DNA of 64,000 nucleotides from a bacterium (GTDB lineage: Bacteria; UBA10199; 2-02-FULL-50-16; JAJFLM01): contig CBDCFN010000016.1 of NCBI GenBank assembly GCA_965216315.1, forward strand, positions 992,001-1,056,000. Reading direction: 5' to 3'. This document shows, in pieces, positions 28,366 to 39,394 of this stretch. The translations under genes were made by a program, and so were the position numbers. Position 1 is the stretch's first letter, and every line of letters starts with the position of its first letter. The notes under the pieces were generated by a model. The model was not told the DNA's origin. It searched no databases and worked only from the letters and a program-made list of their open reading frames with translations.

Positions 28366-29493
28366 ATGGATGAGGCCATGGACGCTATTCTTTGCCTTCA
28401 TTTTGGGCAGTGTGGTGGCTGCACCCTGCAAGATCTCTCCTATACGGATCAATTAGGGCGAAAAACCGAACAGCTTCGTTCGATCCTGGACGAGCGCGGG
28501 GGCGTGTTGCCCGCGGCGTTCGGTGCGGCCCTGCAGGCGCGGCCCTGGGCCTATCGTCATCGAGCACGGCTCACGGTTTGGCAGCAAGATTCGGGAGAAA
28601 TTCAGATAGGCTTCCGGCATCGGCATAAAAAAAGGGTGCTCGTGGATATGGTGGAATGTCCCGTCCTTCCTGCGCGCTTTACCCAGCTCTTAACCCCACT
28701 CAAGGAATTGTTGGCGGAGTTGAGCGAGCAGCGTGCGGTCTCTCAACTTGAACTTGCGGCGACGGAGCAAGAGCTTGCATTAGTTTTTCGCGTTATGAAG
28801 ACGTTGAGTTCTGCCGATATTGAACGGCTATTGGAATTCGAAAGATGCCATGGGCTTCGCATTTATCTGCAGCGCGGAAATATGGAGTCCATAGAGCTGT
28901 TAAATGCCGAGCAAAAAAACTTACTTGAATATCAACTCAGCAGTGGGATTGGACTACGCTTCCATCCCATGGATTTCACGCAAGTGAATCCCGCCGTCAA
29001 TCGTCTTTTAGTCGAGCATGTTATTGAAGAACTCAGGCCGAAGGATGGCGATAAAATCGCTGACCTTTTCTGTGGCATCGGTAATTTTAGCCTTCCGTTG
29101 GCTCAACAAGGTGGGCATGTCACTGGAATGGAATTTGCTGCCAATCAAGTCGAGCGAGCCACCGAAAATGCGCAACATAACCAGCTCAGTCATCGTGTGG
29201 AATTTGTGCGCCGTGATTTAAGCAAGGCCTCTCAGGCCCTCGGGAATGAACTCGCCTTGTTTGATAAGATCTTATTAGATCCCCCGCGCTCCGGTGCGCC
29301 TGCGGTCGTGGCTTCCTTAAAGAAAGAACGGCCGCGACAGATCGTGTATGTTTCTTGCAATCCCGAAACTCTCGCGCAAGATGCCCATATGCTCGTCAAT
29401 AAGCATGGCTTTCACTTTAGAAAGTGTACTTTAGTGGATATGTTTCCGCATACGGATCACATGGAATCCGTTTCTGTTTTCGAGAGGGGCTAG
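28366..29493 (+). CDS. rlmD: 23S rRNA m5U methyltransferase (RlmD/RumA type, no TRAM domain)
   Basis: CLHFGQCGGC Fe-S motif, FTQVN, DLFCGIGNF, LDPPRSG, YVSCNP, DMFPHTDHME. Confidence 0.9.
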   Translation: MDEAMDAILCLHFGQCGGCTLQDLSYTDQLGRKTEQLRSILDERGGVLPAAFGAALQARPWAYRHRARLTVWQQDSGEIQIGFRHRHKKRVLVDMVECPVLPARFTQLLTPLKELLAELSEQRAVSQLELAATEQELALVFRVMKTLSSADIERLLEFERCHGLRIYLQRGNMESIELLNAEQKNLLEYQLSSGIGLRFHPMDFTQVNPAVNRLLVEHVIEELRPKDGDKIADLFCGIGNFSLPLAQQGGHVTGMEFAANQVERATENAQHNQLSHRVEFVRRDLSKASQALGNELALFDKILLDPPRSGAPAVVASLKKERPRQIVYVSCNPETLAQDAHMLVNKHGFHFRKCTLVDMFPHTDHMESVSVFERG

Positions 29494-29504
29494 TATCGTT
29501 TTGT

Positions 29505-29828
29505 TTAGGCGTCGAAGTTACGCTGATATTTCCCTGCCTGGTACTCAATAAAGTACTCATCGAGGAGCGGATGGTCGATGGGTGTCGGCGTCTCGTCTCT
29601 TTCAATATTTTCTTCAGCGACATAAGTCGTGTGTTCTTCTCCGTCGACGAGAACATGGTACCAGGGTTGATCGCGGCGCGGTAGCGGGCGATTCTCCTCT
29701 TCAGAGGTTTCTTCTTCCTCTTCATGACAGCTGTCATCGACATCGTAGATGACGCCTCGGTAGCCATGGCGCTTATGAAAGATGATTTGTCCCGTTTCAA
29801 ATTTGCAGGTGCAGATGGTCATGTTCAT
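29505..29828 (-). CDS. hspQ: Heat shock protein HspQ (YccV-like)
   Basis: KFETGQII.H...YRGVIYDVD, QPWYHVLVD, TYVAEENI. Confidence 0.88.
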   Translation of the reverse strand: MNMTICTCKFETGQIIFHKRHGYRGVIYDVDDSCHEEEEETSEEENRPLPRRDQPWYHVLVDGEEHTTYVAEENIERDETPTPIDHPLLDEYFIEYQAGKYQRNFDA

Positions 29829-29972
29829 GCACTCTTAATTGCTTGAAATGGGAGCCGCGTCAAGCCTTTGAGATGGCGTCTAAAGGAGTGTAGCTAAGGT
29901 CCAGATTTATAAGTGTATTTCATTCCCAAGTTGATTGAGCTCATCCTCTGCTGCTAGGAGGGGGACCACGCA

Positions 29973-32609
29973 ATGGAAGCCGCCGTATCGATCAATACCA
30001 CCCACAAGCTCACCCCGATGATGGAGCAGTACCGGTCGATCAAGCGTTCGCTACCGTCGGATACGATTCTGTTTTTTCGCCTCGGCGATTTCTATGAGAT
30101 GTTCTTTGAAGATGCGGTGAACGCCTCGGAAATTCTCAATATAACGCTGACCGGGCGGGAAGCCGGGAAGGCGGGGCGGGTCCCGATGTGTGGGATTCCT
30201 TATCATGCTTTTCAGGGCTATGTCGGGACACTCGTGGATAGTAATCTTAAGGTGGCCATTTGTGAGCAAGTCGGGGATCCCAAGGCCAAGGGTCTGGTCG
30301 AGCGGGAAGTGACGCGCGTCATTTCACCGGCAACGTACCTGGAAGGTGAGGGGCCCGAACGGCGCTTCGCCTACATGGTGGCCCTCGCCCAAGATAAGGA
30401 TCGTTATGGTTTAGCTTTTCTGGAACTCAGTACGGGGGAGTTCGCGGTCAGAGAGGTCCCTGAAGAGCGCTTGACCGGAGAGCTGACCTTGCTTTCGCCG
30501 CGCGAAGTCATTTTGCCTGAATCAGTTGCCAGCGACGAGGCGCTCTTGAATTTCATTAAGAACGGTCTCAAGGCAACGGTGACTCGCTACGAAGACTGGG
30601 TGTTTGAAGCGGACGAGGGCATGCGCCTCATGCAGGAGATCTTTGATCTCGCCTCGCCGCAGAGTTTGCCCTGTTATGATCGTCCTCTAGCCGTCCGCAG
30701 CGCGGGGGCCGTACTCTACTATCTTCGCGACCACCATCACGCTTCTTTGGGCCATCTCCAACTCCCGACGCTGTTGGAAACCAAAGAGTATATGGTTCTC
30801 GATCGACAGACGCAGCAGAGCTTGGAACTCGTGATGAGCTTGAGTGGTGATAAAGAGGGGCCGACCTTGTTGAAGACGATCGACAAAACGCTCACTTCCA
30901 TGGGCGGGCGGACGTTGCATCGCTGGATCACTCATCCCCTGCTGACATTATCGGAAATTAAAAAGCGGCAGGAGGTTCTGACTGAACTCATTGCTGATCA
31001 GACTCAATTGGAGGGGATGCGCTCCTTATTGCGAGGTGTTCGCGATATGGAGCGGGCCTTAAGTCGATTAAATTATGGCGTTGCGAATGCCCGTGATCTT
31101 AAAAACCTTAAATTATTCTTAGCACGTGTTCCGGAGTTGCAGAGCTTTATTGGCGCGCAAAAGAGTTCATTGATGCAAGAGCTGGTTCAATCCGTCGTGC
31201 CGCAGCCAGAGCTGCATGATTTAATCGAGCGCGCCATTGTTGAAGAGCCTCCTTTGGCCATCAAAGAAGGGGGGGTGATTCGTGATGGCTATGACGACGG
31301 CTTGGATGAACTCAGATCTATCTCAACAAAAGGGAAGTCGTGGTTGCTGGAATTCGAAAAGCGAGAAAGCATTCGCACCGGTATTAAAAAACTCAAAATA
31401 AAATACTCCGGCGTATTTGGCTATACGATAGAGGTTAGTAAGGCGAACTTGCAAAATATTCCCGATAATTATGTGCGTCGTCAAACCCTTGCGAATGCCG
31501 AGCGCTTTGTGACCCCGGAACTGAAAGAATGGGACGAAAAAATCTCCGGGGCACAAGACAAGATTAAAGCGCTTGAATATGACCTTTTTAATGATGTCCG
31601 CAAAAAAGTATTGGAGCAGCTCCGGCCACTACAGGCGATGGCGCGTGGGATCGGCGAGTTGGATGCGTTGTGTTCGTTGGCGATAACAGCCGCGCACAAA
31701 GGCTGGGTTTGTCCTGAAGTCGATTCAACCCGAGTATTGGCGATAGAAGGGGGGCGCCACCCCGTCGTTGAAAATATGTTGCCCGCGGGAGATTTTGTCG
31801 AAAATGACGTGCTGTTAAATGAGACGGATCAACAACTTGTCATTCTTACGGGCCCTAATATGGCGGGTAAATCAACGTATATCCGCCAGGTGGCTCAATT
31901 AGTGATTCTTGCCCAATTAGGGTCCTTTATTCCTGCAAACACGGCACGGATTGGAATTGTCGACCGTATCTTTACGCGTATCGGTGCTTCGGATGATTTA
32001 GCGCGGGGCGAGAGTACCTTTATGGTGGAGATGGTGGAGATGGCGCACATTCTCCATAAGGCAACGGAGAAAAGTCTTTTGATCTTGGATGAAGTGGGAC
32101 GCGGAACCTCGACGTTTGACGGCGTCAGTATTGCCTGGGCGATCTGTGAGCACCTTGCTAAGGAAAGCGGCCGCCCTCGTAGCTTGTTTGCAACTCACTA
32201 TCATGAGCTGACCCAGCTGGAAGAACATTTCCCCGGAATCAAAAATTATCACATTACCGTCAAAGAGACCGCTAACAACATTGTTTTCTTGCGTAAGGTT
32301 GTTCGCGGGGGGGCGGATCGCAGTTATGGAATACATGTGGCGCAACTTGCCGGGATACCTCGCCCTGTCACTCAACGGGCGCGTGAGATATTGCAAATAC
32401 TCGAGAATGAAAATACCGAGGCAACACAAATTATCGAAGGCCAAAAGACTAAGGAAAAGCGGGAGGTCACAAATCAGGCAACCTTGTTTGATTGGGCTCC
32501 CGTGGAGTCTCCGGTGGTGGAGGAATTGCGCAAGCTCGACATTAATTCACTGACACCGCTAGAAGCATTGAATCAATTGGCTAAGCTGAAAGAAGGTTTA
32601 GATGGCTAA
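29973..32609 (+). CDS. mutS: DNA mismatch repair protein MutS
   Basis: TPMMEQY, FRLGDFYEMF, TGPNMAGKSTY, STFMVEM, ATHYHEL, SYGIHVA. Confidence 0.98.
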   Translation: MEAAVSINTTHKLTPMMEQYRSIKRSLPSDTILFFRLGDFYEMFFEDAVNASEILNITLTGREAGKAGRVPMCGIPYHAFQGYVGTLVDSNLKVAICEQVGDPKAKGLVEREVTRVISPATYLEGEGPERRFAYMVALAQDKDRYGLAFLELSTGEFAVREVPEERLTGELTLLSPREVILPESVASDEALLNFIKNGLKATVTRYEDWVFEADEGMRLMQEIFDLASPQSLPCYDRPLAVRSAGAVLYYLRDHHHASLGHLQLPTLLETKEYMVLDRQTQQSLELVMSLSGDKEGPTLLKTIDKTLTSMGGRTLHRWITHPLLTLSEIKKRQEVLTELIADQTQLEGMRSLLRGVRDMERALSRLNYGVANARDLKNLKLFLARVPELQSFIGAQKSSLMQELVQSVVPQPELHDLIERAIVEEPPLAIKEGGVIRDGYDDGLDELRSISTKGKSWLLEFEKRESIRTGIKKLKIKYSGVFGYTIEVSKANLQNIPDNYVRRQTLANAERFVTPELKEWDEKISGAQDKIKALEYDLFNDVRKKVLEQLRPLQAMARGIGELDALCSLAITAAHKGWVCPEVDSTRVLAIEGGRHPVVENMLPAGDFVENDVLLNETDQQLVILTGPNMAGKSTYIRQVAQLVILAQLGSFIPANTARIGIVDRIFTRIGASDDLARGESTFMVEMVEMAHILHKATEKSLLILDEVGRGTSTFDGVSIAWAICEHLAKESGRPRSLFATHYHELTQLEEHFPGIKNYHITVKETANNIVFLRKVVRGGADRSYGIHVAQLAGIPRPVTQRAREILQILENENTEATQIIEGQKTKEKREVTNQATLFDWAPVESPVVEELRKLDINSLTPLEALNQLAKLKEGLDG

Positions 32610-34329
32610 AATTCATGTCCTGCCGGAGATTATCGCCAATAAAATAGCGGCTGGCGAGGTGGTTGAACGCCCGGCGTCGATAGTTAAAGAACTTATCGAA
32701 AATTCACTGGACGCCGGGGCAACTCAGATTGATGTGGTGATGCAGCATGCGGGGAAAAGTCTGATTCGCGTGGCGGATAATGGTGCGGGGATGAGCCGAG
32801 AAGATGCTTCATTGGCGATTCAGCGCCACGCGACCAGTAAGGTGGAGGTTGCCGAGGACCTGGAACAAATTCAGTCATTCGGATTCAGAGGAGAAGCCCT
32901 GCCGAGTATTGCAGCCGTTTCACGGATGCGACTTAGGACGCGGGAAAAGGGGAGCCCCTTCGGTGTCGAACTGCTCATTGAAGGGGGTGTTGTTCAGGGA
33001 GTCGAAGAGTGCTCCTGTCGCGAAGGGACCATTATTGAAATCCGCGACTTATTTTTTAATACACCGGCTCGCCGCAAGTTTCTTCGCAGTGAAGCGACGG
33101 AGCGCGGTCATATTGTCGATGTTGTTTCTAATTTTGCATTGGCGATGACCGCCGTTAAGTTTTCATTGACTTCAGGGGAACGTAAAATATGGGATTTTGC
33201 GCCGAATGAAACCCTGCTGAATCGAGCCGTTCAGAGTTTCGGGTTAAATCGTGCGGAAGATCTCTTAGCCTTTTCGGATGAGGAGAAGGGCGTGCGTGTT
33301 TCCGGGTTGATTGGCAAGGCGCAGGTTGCACGTGCCAATCGCTCAAGCCAAATTTTCTACGTGAATCGGAGGCAAGTTAAGGCCATCCCCTTAAGCTTTG
33401 CCTTGCAGGCGGGGTATCATGGTCTGCTGATGCATGGCCAGCATGCCGTAGCCGTCGTTTTTATTGAAGTCGATCCGGCACAAGTGGACGTTAACGTTCA
33501 TCCAACTAAGCAGGAAGTGCGCCTTTCCAATGAGCGCCTGGTAAAAAGTTTGCTCAAACGGGCGGTTGCTGCGCGACTTGGGCGGGAGGAAGATATGGCG
33601 CCTTTTCTTCAGCCGACGCAAGCGAGTCGGGGAGAGCAGCACGGTACTAAGCGGGACGAACGCTGGAATCTCACGGAAGTCCCGGTTTTTAATGCACCCC
33701 CGCAAGAGCGCGCCCTGAGCGAGCCGATATCATTGCGCAACAAACTCCATATCACCAAGCTGATGGGCCAGATTCATGGGACCTATATCCTGGCTGAGAC
33801 GGAAACGGGTTTTGTCTTGATTGACCAGCATGCCGCTCATGAGCGTGTTATGTTCGAGGAATTAATGCAAGGCCTTCAGTCAGGTCAGGCAAAAAAACAA
33901 GGGCTCTTGCTAAACGAAGTGCTGACTTTGCAGCCCAAGCAAGAGGCAGTGCTTCAAGAGTGTTTGCCTGTGATAGAAAAGTTGGGCTTTGAGTTGGACA
34001 AATTTGGAGAAAATGAATTTGTCATTCGTGCCGTGCCCGCGACGCTGAGTAACGCGGATCCGATTGCGAGTCTGCAACGTTTTTTGGATCAAAAAGAGGC
34101 CGGCAAGATGGTAACGGATTTAGAAAGTCATCCGGAAGAGATAGCGGCCCTTATCGCCTGTAAACGGCGCTCGGTGAAAGCCCATGACCGGATGACGCCG
34201 GAAGCGATGCAGTCATTGCTCGAGCAGCTGGCTGTCTGTGATTATCCATTCAGCTGTCCCCATGGCCGCCCGGCCTTTTTTAAAATGAATCTCGACGAGC
34301 TCGAAAAACAATTTAAACGAAAAGTCTAG
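32602..34329 (+). CDS. mutL: DNA mismatch repair endonuclease MutL
   Basis: IAAGEVVERPAS, GFRGEAL, DQHAAHER, CPHGRP. Confidence 0.98.
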   Translation: MAKIHVLPEIIANKIAAGEVVERPASIVKELIENSLDAGATQIDVVMQHAGKSLIRVADNGAGMSREDASLAIQRHATSKVEVAEDLEQIQSFGFRGEALPSIAAVSRMRLRTREKGSPFGVELLIEGGVVQGVEECSCREGTIIEIRDLFFNTPARRKFLRSEATERGHIVDVVSNFALAMTAVKFSLTSGERKIWDFAPNETLLNRAVQSFGLNRAEDLLAFSDEEKGVRVSGLIGKAQVARANRSSQIFYVNRRQVKAIPLSFALQAGYHGLLMHGQHAVAVVFIEVDPAQVDVNVHPTKQEVRLSNERLVKSLLKRAVAARLGREEDMAPFLQPTQASRGEQHGTKRDERWNLTEVPVFNAPPQERALSEPISLRNKLHITKLMGQIHGTYILAETETGFVLIDQHAAHERVMFEELMQGLQSGQAKKQGLLLNEVLTLQPKQEAVLQECLPVIEKLGFELDKFGENEFVIRAVPATLSNADPIASLQRFLDQKEAGKMVTDLESHPEEIAALIACKRRSVKAHDRMTPEAMQSLLEQLAVCDYPFSCPHGRPAFFKMNLDELEKQFKRKV

Positions 34330-35963
34330 GGTGACGCGGGTGGCGTCTTCGGAAGTTCGGTCCGAGAAGGACGCGTCAGCGGGCCGGAGTCATCGAGAGG
34401 GTCTTTTTTAGGCGGTTCCGTTGCCGCTTTGGGCTTCGGTGTTGGTTTTGCTGCGGGTTTCGGAGCGGCGGGTGTTGTGCTTTCCGCTGGCTTATCCGTG
34501 GCGGCAGCCTCTGCCGGCTCCGGCTTTGCCGATAAATTTTTCAGTTCCAACGTATAGGCAATAGGCCGGCTTACATTTGTTCCTAATTCAATTTGCAGAT
34601 AATAGGTGCCATCGTCAGGGATCTTGAATTGCTTGGAGCGAAGCCCTTCACCAATGCCCGATGTCTGACTCATGATTTTCTGCTTGTAGCTATCAAAAAT
34701 GGCTATTCGAAAATACGAACCGCTATCCCCATTGGGAATAAGGCCGACAAAGTAGTCATCGCCTTTTTTGGCATCGAAAGAATAGACGTCCTTGAGGTCG
34801 GAACCACCGATGTAGTTTTTTGTGTAGCGTTTGGCTTCAATGGCCTTCGCTTGCGTCAGGCTCCCCCCCGCATCTTCCTCAGTGTTGAGGTCGCCACGAG
34901 ACGTCAACGTGAGTTTGAAAGTCACATGGTCCTTGTTCATATCGTCATAGGTGCTGCCAATCAGTAAATAATAACGACCTTCCTGAGGTGGCGTGTAAGA
35001 AAATGATTTTACATTATGGGCTGACCCGATCAGATTAACGGTTTTAAGATTGTTTCGATTGCCGCCGTGAAATTGAAAGCCGGCGTACGGATTACCGGTT
35101 TCGCGGGGTTTCTCTCCTCGCAAATTGATCCCTTTTTCAAGCGTTTGCATCGTAATTGTCAGCTCTTTGCCCGGCTTGAGGTCGACGTAAAAATAATCGA
35201 AATAGCTGATCTTCTGGTGGTGATCGAGTTTGTGTTCGACGTCAAATGCGATAGGAACAGCAGTTTCGTAACTATCGCCGCCGCGAATAGCCTCTCCATA
35301 AGTCTTTTTTTCCTTTTCGATGACGAGCGATTCTTTGGTCGCCTCTTTGAGGGCCTCGGTGAGGGCGGCGGCTCCCTGGGCATCATAATAATGGCCATTA
35401 CCGGCTGCGGCTATGGCCTCAAGTTGCTGACGCGTTTTGGCGTCGACATTGAATCCGACCGTATGGACGACAACCTCAAAGCCGGCCTCTTTAAGTTTTT
35501 TTAATACGGCAACCGGGTCACCACCACAGGTTTCTTCGCCGTCACTGAGGAGGATAATAACCTTATCGGCCTCACGTTCGGTTTTAAAATCATTCTTGGA
35601 CTGCTCTAGCGAGTAGGCAATAGGCGTATAGCCCTTGGGAGTCAGTGCATTAATCTTGGCTTCAATCGTTTCTTTATTTACGGGTCCGAGCGGAATGATC
35701 AGCTCCGTATCTTTACAGCTTTCAGCCTTATTTTGTTGCTCGACTCGATGTCCATATGTCCTTAACGCGATAAGGCTGTCAGCAGGGACGTCCTTAATGG
35801 CGTTCATGAGTGCTTTGCGCGCAATGTCAATTTGTGTCTCTGCACCGCTCTTTTTCCGCATTGATCCGGAGAGATCGAGGAGAAATTCGATATCGCTCTT
35901 GGCGTAGGCTGCATTAGAAATCAACAATGCAACGCTTAAAAAGATTATTTTAAAATGTCTCAT
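34326..35963 (-). CDS. Secreted VWA-domain protein with PPC-like beta domains and Pro/Lys tail
   Basis: MIDAS DLSGSM, TPIA, LSDGEETCGGDP, HTVGF. Confidence 0.88.
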   Translation of the reverse strand: MRHFKIIFLSVALLISNAAYAKSDIEFLLDLSGSMRKKSGAETQIDIARKALMNAIKDVPADSLIALRTYGHRVEQQNKAESCKDTELIIPLGPVNKETIEAKINALTPKGYTPIAYSLEQSKNDFKTEREADKVIILLSDGEETCGGDPVAVLKKLKEAGFEVVVHTVGFNVDAKTRQQLEAIAAAGNGHYYDAQGAAALTEALKEATKESLVIEKEKKTYGEAIRGGDSYETAVPIAFDVEHKLDHHQKISYFDYFYVDLKPGKELTITMQTLEKGINLRGEKPRETGNPYAGFQFHGGNRNNLKTVNLIGSAHNVKSFSYTPPQEGRYYLLIGSTYDDMNKDHVTFKLTLTSRGDLNTEEDAGGSLTQAKAIEAKRYTKNYIGGSDLKDVYSFDAKKGDDYFVGLIPNGDSGSYFRIAIFDSYKQKIMSQTSGIGEGLRSKQFKIPDDGTYYLQIELGTNVSRPIAYTLELKNLSAKPEPAEAAATDKPAESTTPAAPKPAAKPTPKPKAATEPPKKDPLDDSGPLTRPSRTELPKTPPASP

Positions 35964-36023
35964 ATTTCGCGAGGTTAGCAGTTGGATTTGTTAAAATCAA
36001 TAGGAAGTCAATTCGCTACCGGG

Positions 36024-36689
36024 TTATGAGGGCCAACGTGATTCCATTCGTTTGAGTATCGTGCTGATGCGACTTTCAATATAAGGTCCCGGCGGCCAGC
36101 GACCCAGGCGTTGCGGGCCAGGAATGATGGCGGCTAAAAATGCGGCTTCGCGTGAAGAAAGAGAATGTACCGATTTTCCAAAATAGTGTCTTGATGCCGC
36201 TTCTGCTCCATAGATGCCGCGCCCCCACTCAATCACGTTTAAATAAATCTCAAAAATCCGATCTTTGCTTAATTTCTGTTCCATCCAGAGAGCGATAACA
36301 ATTTCTTTTATTTTTCGCGTCAGGCTTTTTTGAGGTGAGAGATATAGGTTACGTGCGAGTTGCATAGTTATCGTCGAAAAACCGCGGGCAAAACCGCGCT
36401 CGTCGATATTTTTTTTGAGAGATTCTTTGAATTCAAAAAAATCGATTCCATAATGCTGATAAAAGCGCCCATCTTCGGAAACGATAACGGCCTGACGCAA
36501 GTTTCTTGGTATTTGGGAGAGTGGAACCCAGTTCTGCTGCACACGACGACTCTTGTCGCCCATGAATGCGGTATGTTTAGGATTGGTCGTTCTCAGCGCG
36601 GCAACATCAGGTAAGAAAGTACCAATTACGTGAGAGAGAAAGAAAAAGCAGGCAAGAAACAACGCACCGAATTTCAATACTTTTAACAC
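36024..36689 (-). CDS. mtgA: Monofunctional peptidoglycan transglycosylase
   Basis: SEDGRFYQHYGID, GFSTITMQLARNL, RKIKE, YLNVIEWG. Confidence 0.92.
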   Translation of the reverse strand: MLKVLKFGALFLACFFFLSHVIGTFLPDVAALRTTNPKHTAFMGDKSRRVQQNWVPLSQIPRNLRQAVIVSEDGRFYQHYGIDFFEFKESLKKNIDERGFARGFSTITMQLARNLYLSPQKSLTRKIKEIVIALWMEQKLSKDRIFEIYLNVIEWGRGIYGAEAASRHYFGKSVHSLSSREAAFLAAIIPGPQRLGRWPPGPYIESRISTILKRMESRWPS

Positions 36690-36703
36690 ATGACCTCACT
36701 AAT

Positions 36704-38287
36704 TTAGATTGTTTCATTGAAAAGCAATGCGCGGACAAATTTAAGTGGAATGGCACCACATTGCAAGAACGCATCGTGAAATTCGCGTAGGCTATGACCT
36801 GCCGCCTCATAGTCTCGTCTCATTCGGTCCACCTCCAACATGCCCGTGAGATAGCTGAGCGGAGTTGTCGGACTTTGGGTGTACCAATTGACATCAATTC
36901 GAGCCCCCTGAGGAGAGAGCTGGGCATGTTTAACCAGGAAGTCGGCGGCTTCTTGATCGCTCATATTATTGCAGTGCATGGAAACATCGACAACAATTCG
37001 AGCGGCACGCCAGAGTCGGTCCTTAAGCTGATAGAGTCGCATGGCATCGTTGTAGAAGCCCTGGCGATACATCATTTCCTCACAATAGAGGGTCCAGCCT
37101 TCATAGTAACTCGCTACATCATAAACTTTTCGAATCGCGTGATTTAAAGTTCTTTGCAACGAAAATTGTAAATGATGTCCCGGATAGGCTTCATGTAAGG
37201 CCGTTAGTGGAAAAGCGGCGTAGCAGTGTTCTTGGAGGATTTCTTGATTTCCTTTGGCTGGAGATACGTAAAAAGTGCCACGATCGTCCTCGGCAAACAT
37301 GGTTGGCATTGAATAGGCCGCATAAGGAATAGAACTCTGGAGAAATTCGGGGGTTTCGATGACCTGCAGGGACTCTCGGTCGGGAAGAGTCACAATATTG
37401 TTTTCGCTAAGAAAGTGCTTAATTTCATCAACTTTTTCCCGATAACTGTTGAGAAGATTTTCTTCAGTCGGATGTTCTTGTTTAAGAGTCTCTACGAGTT
37501 CGGGCCAACTCTTTGCACTGTCCATTTCCGCTGCATGTTTTTCTAACTGCTTTGTAATCAAATTAATTTGTTCGATGCCGCGCTCGCGAATCTCCATGGC
37601 TGTTTCTTCAAAGCAGTGATATCGGTTTAATAGATAATCAAAATGAGTCTTCCCGATCGAGAAATCCTGCTGGGTATTTTGTAGTTGCTTAAGGTGTGTT
37701 ACAAAATCATCAATGTGGTGACATGCCGACTCTACAAGGGTGGTGCTCCCTGCAACATTATGGGTTTCCAGATAGGGCCTTACCGTACTGGCAAGATAAT
37801 TGATTAATCCGGGGGCCTCCTCGATTGCGATATGAGTCCAAAGCCGGACCGGGCTTTTATGCCGTTGTGTGGCTTCATGGATAAAGTTCGGAATCGATTG
37901 CAAACGCGCCACCAACGCGGTTGTTTTTTGAGCAGCGGAGCGATGTTGGCCCATCATCAGTGACCAACAACTATCTGCCAGCTCATCGATTGTTCCGGCA
38001 GGGTTTCGTTTGTGATGCTGTTCAATTGCTAATGAGAAAATCTGACGCTCAATAAAGCGGGCTAGCAGCTCTTTGTTGATATTATCCTTGATGGACGGTG
38101 TTGCGACGTCTTTAGTCTTGTCGGCAATTTCTTGCCAATTTTTCAATTGGGTATCAATTCGATCCGGAAGGTAGCAGGCAAGATCTTCATCATGGCCGTT
38201 CCAGCCTAAATGTGAGGCCGTCACCGGATAAAAAGAAAAATACGATTCCAGGAAAGATTGAGTCAGTGATTCCAACGAATTTTCCAT
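36704..38287 (-). CDS. DUF885 family protein (putative metallopeptidase)
   Basis: HEAYPGHHLQ, EGWTLYCE, LWRAARIVVD, FHDAFLQCG. Confidence 0.9.
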   Translation of the reverse strand: MENSLESLTQSFLESYFSFYPVTASHLGWNGHDEDLACYLPDRIDTQLKNWQEIADKTKDVATPSIKDNINKELLARFIERQIFSLAIEQHHKRNPAGTIDELADSCWSLMMGQHRSAAQKTTALVARLQSIPNFIHEATQRHKSPVRLWTHIAIEEAPGLINYLASTVRPYLETHNVAGSTTLVESACHHIDDFVTHLKQLQNTQQDFSIGKTHFDYLLNRYHCFEETAMEIRERGIEQINLITKQLEKHAAEMDSAKSWPELVETLKQEHPTEENLLNSYREKVDEIKHFLSENNIVTLPDRESLQVIETPEFLQSSIPYAAYSMPTMFAEDDRGTFYVSPAKGNQEILQEHCYAAFPLTALHEAYPGHHLQFSLQRTLNHAIRKVYDVASYYEGWTLYCEEMMYRQGFYNDAMRLYQLKDRLWRAARIVVDVSMHCNNMSDQEAADFLVKHAQLSPQGARIDVNWYTQSPTTPLSYLTGMLEVDRMRRDYEAAGHSLREFHDAFLQCGAIPLKFVRALLFNETI

Positions 38288-38340
38288 AACTATTTTTCCT
38301 TGCCTAATGGCCGCGAGTTCATTAATTGCGAGTGTCTCTC

Positions 38341-39372
38341 ATGACGATGCAATTGCGCAACATCCTTCTCGTGGTTACATTCATAGGTCTTTTCCTGGGG
38401 AGCAGTTTTTTGCCTTACTCGGCAGAAGGCTCACCGACGGGAGCGCGACTCTATCCCATCTCACTCAAGGGAAAATACGGCTATGTGAATAAAGAAGGTT
38501 TTTTTGTGGTTTCTCCTCAGTTTGAGCGTGCGCTGTCTTTCTCTGAGGGCTTAGCCGTGGTCGGTATTGGTGACGGTGATAGTCTGGAATTTGGATATGT
38601 AGGCCTAAATGGTCGGTTGGTTATCCAGCCACAATATAAAAAGGCGACGTCTTTTTCAGAAGGGCGTGCTGCCGTATGGGGTGAGGGGAAATGGGGTTTT
38701 ATCGATCAATCCGGTGCCTTGGTGATCAAAAAGCAATATGAGGAAGTTCAGCCTTTCAGTGGCGGTCTGGCTCGAGTCCGTTCAGCCGGTAAATATGGCT
38801 ATGTTAATAAGGGAGGAAAAGTTGTCATCCCCATCAAGTATATTCGTGCCGGTAATTTTTCTGATGGTTTGGCCCCCGTGATGGATGCGGGAAAAATGGG
38901 TTATATCGATAAGACGGGTAAGATGGTCGTAAAGGCAAAATATGTCGAGGCGGGCCCCTTCAGTGATGGATTAGCCCCCGTAAAGAAAAAGGCGGGTGGC
39001 CCCATTGGCTACATTAATAAGCAAGGTAAGTTGGTCATTAAGATGAAGTATGACCGGGCGGGGGCCTTTGCGGAAGGAAAGGCTCCTGTATCGATTAAAG
39101 GGAAATTTGGTTACATCGATACTCAAGGCAAGCTAGTCATTAAACCCCAATTTGAAGCCGTCCGTGGTTTCCGGGAGCGCTTAGCCCCAATTAAACAAGG
39201 TGCGAAATGGGGCTATATTGACGGCAGCGGAAAGGTCGTCATTCCCGCCCAATATGATGCCGTGTCTCCCTTCCAGGACTCGATTGCGAAAGTGCGTGTT
39301 GGCGGCCGCGAGGCCTATATCAAACCTTCGGGACAATACATGTATCGACCCGAAGGCGCGGTCCACCTATAA
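38341..39372 (+). CDS. WG-repeat-containing secreted protein
   Basis: Repeated K(W/Y/F)G(Y/F)ID..G..VI...Y..A..FSEG units; signal peptide. Confidence 0.92.
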   Translation: MTMQLRNILLVVTFIGLFLGSSFLPYSAEGSPTGARLYPISLKGKYGYVNKEGFFVVSPQFERALSFSEGLAVVGIGDGDSLEFGYVGLNGRLVIQPQYKKATSFSEGRAAVWGEGKWGFIDQSGALVIKKQYEEVQPFSGGLARVRSAGKYGYVNKGGKVVIPIKYIRAGNFSDGLAPVMDAGKMGYIDKTGKMVVKAKYVEAGPFSDGLAPVKKKAGGPIGYINKQGKLVIKMKYDRAGAFAEGKAPVSIKGKFGYIDTQGKLVIKPQFEAVRGFRERLAPIKQGAKWGYIDGSGKVVIPAQYDAVSPFQDSIAKVRVGGREAYIKPSGQYMYRPEGAVHL

Positions 39373-39394
39373 AATTTCAGCAATTTTTGTCGAT

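Noticed and set aside
36751..36765. TGGCACCACATTGCA as a sigma54 promoter
   Set aside because: Spacing is one nt short and it lies inside the DUF885 CDS
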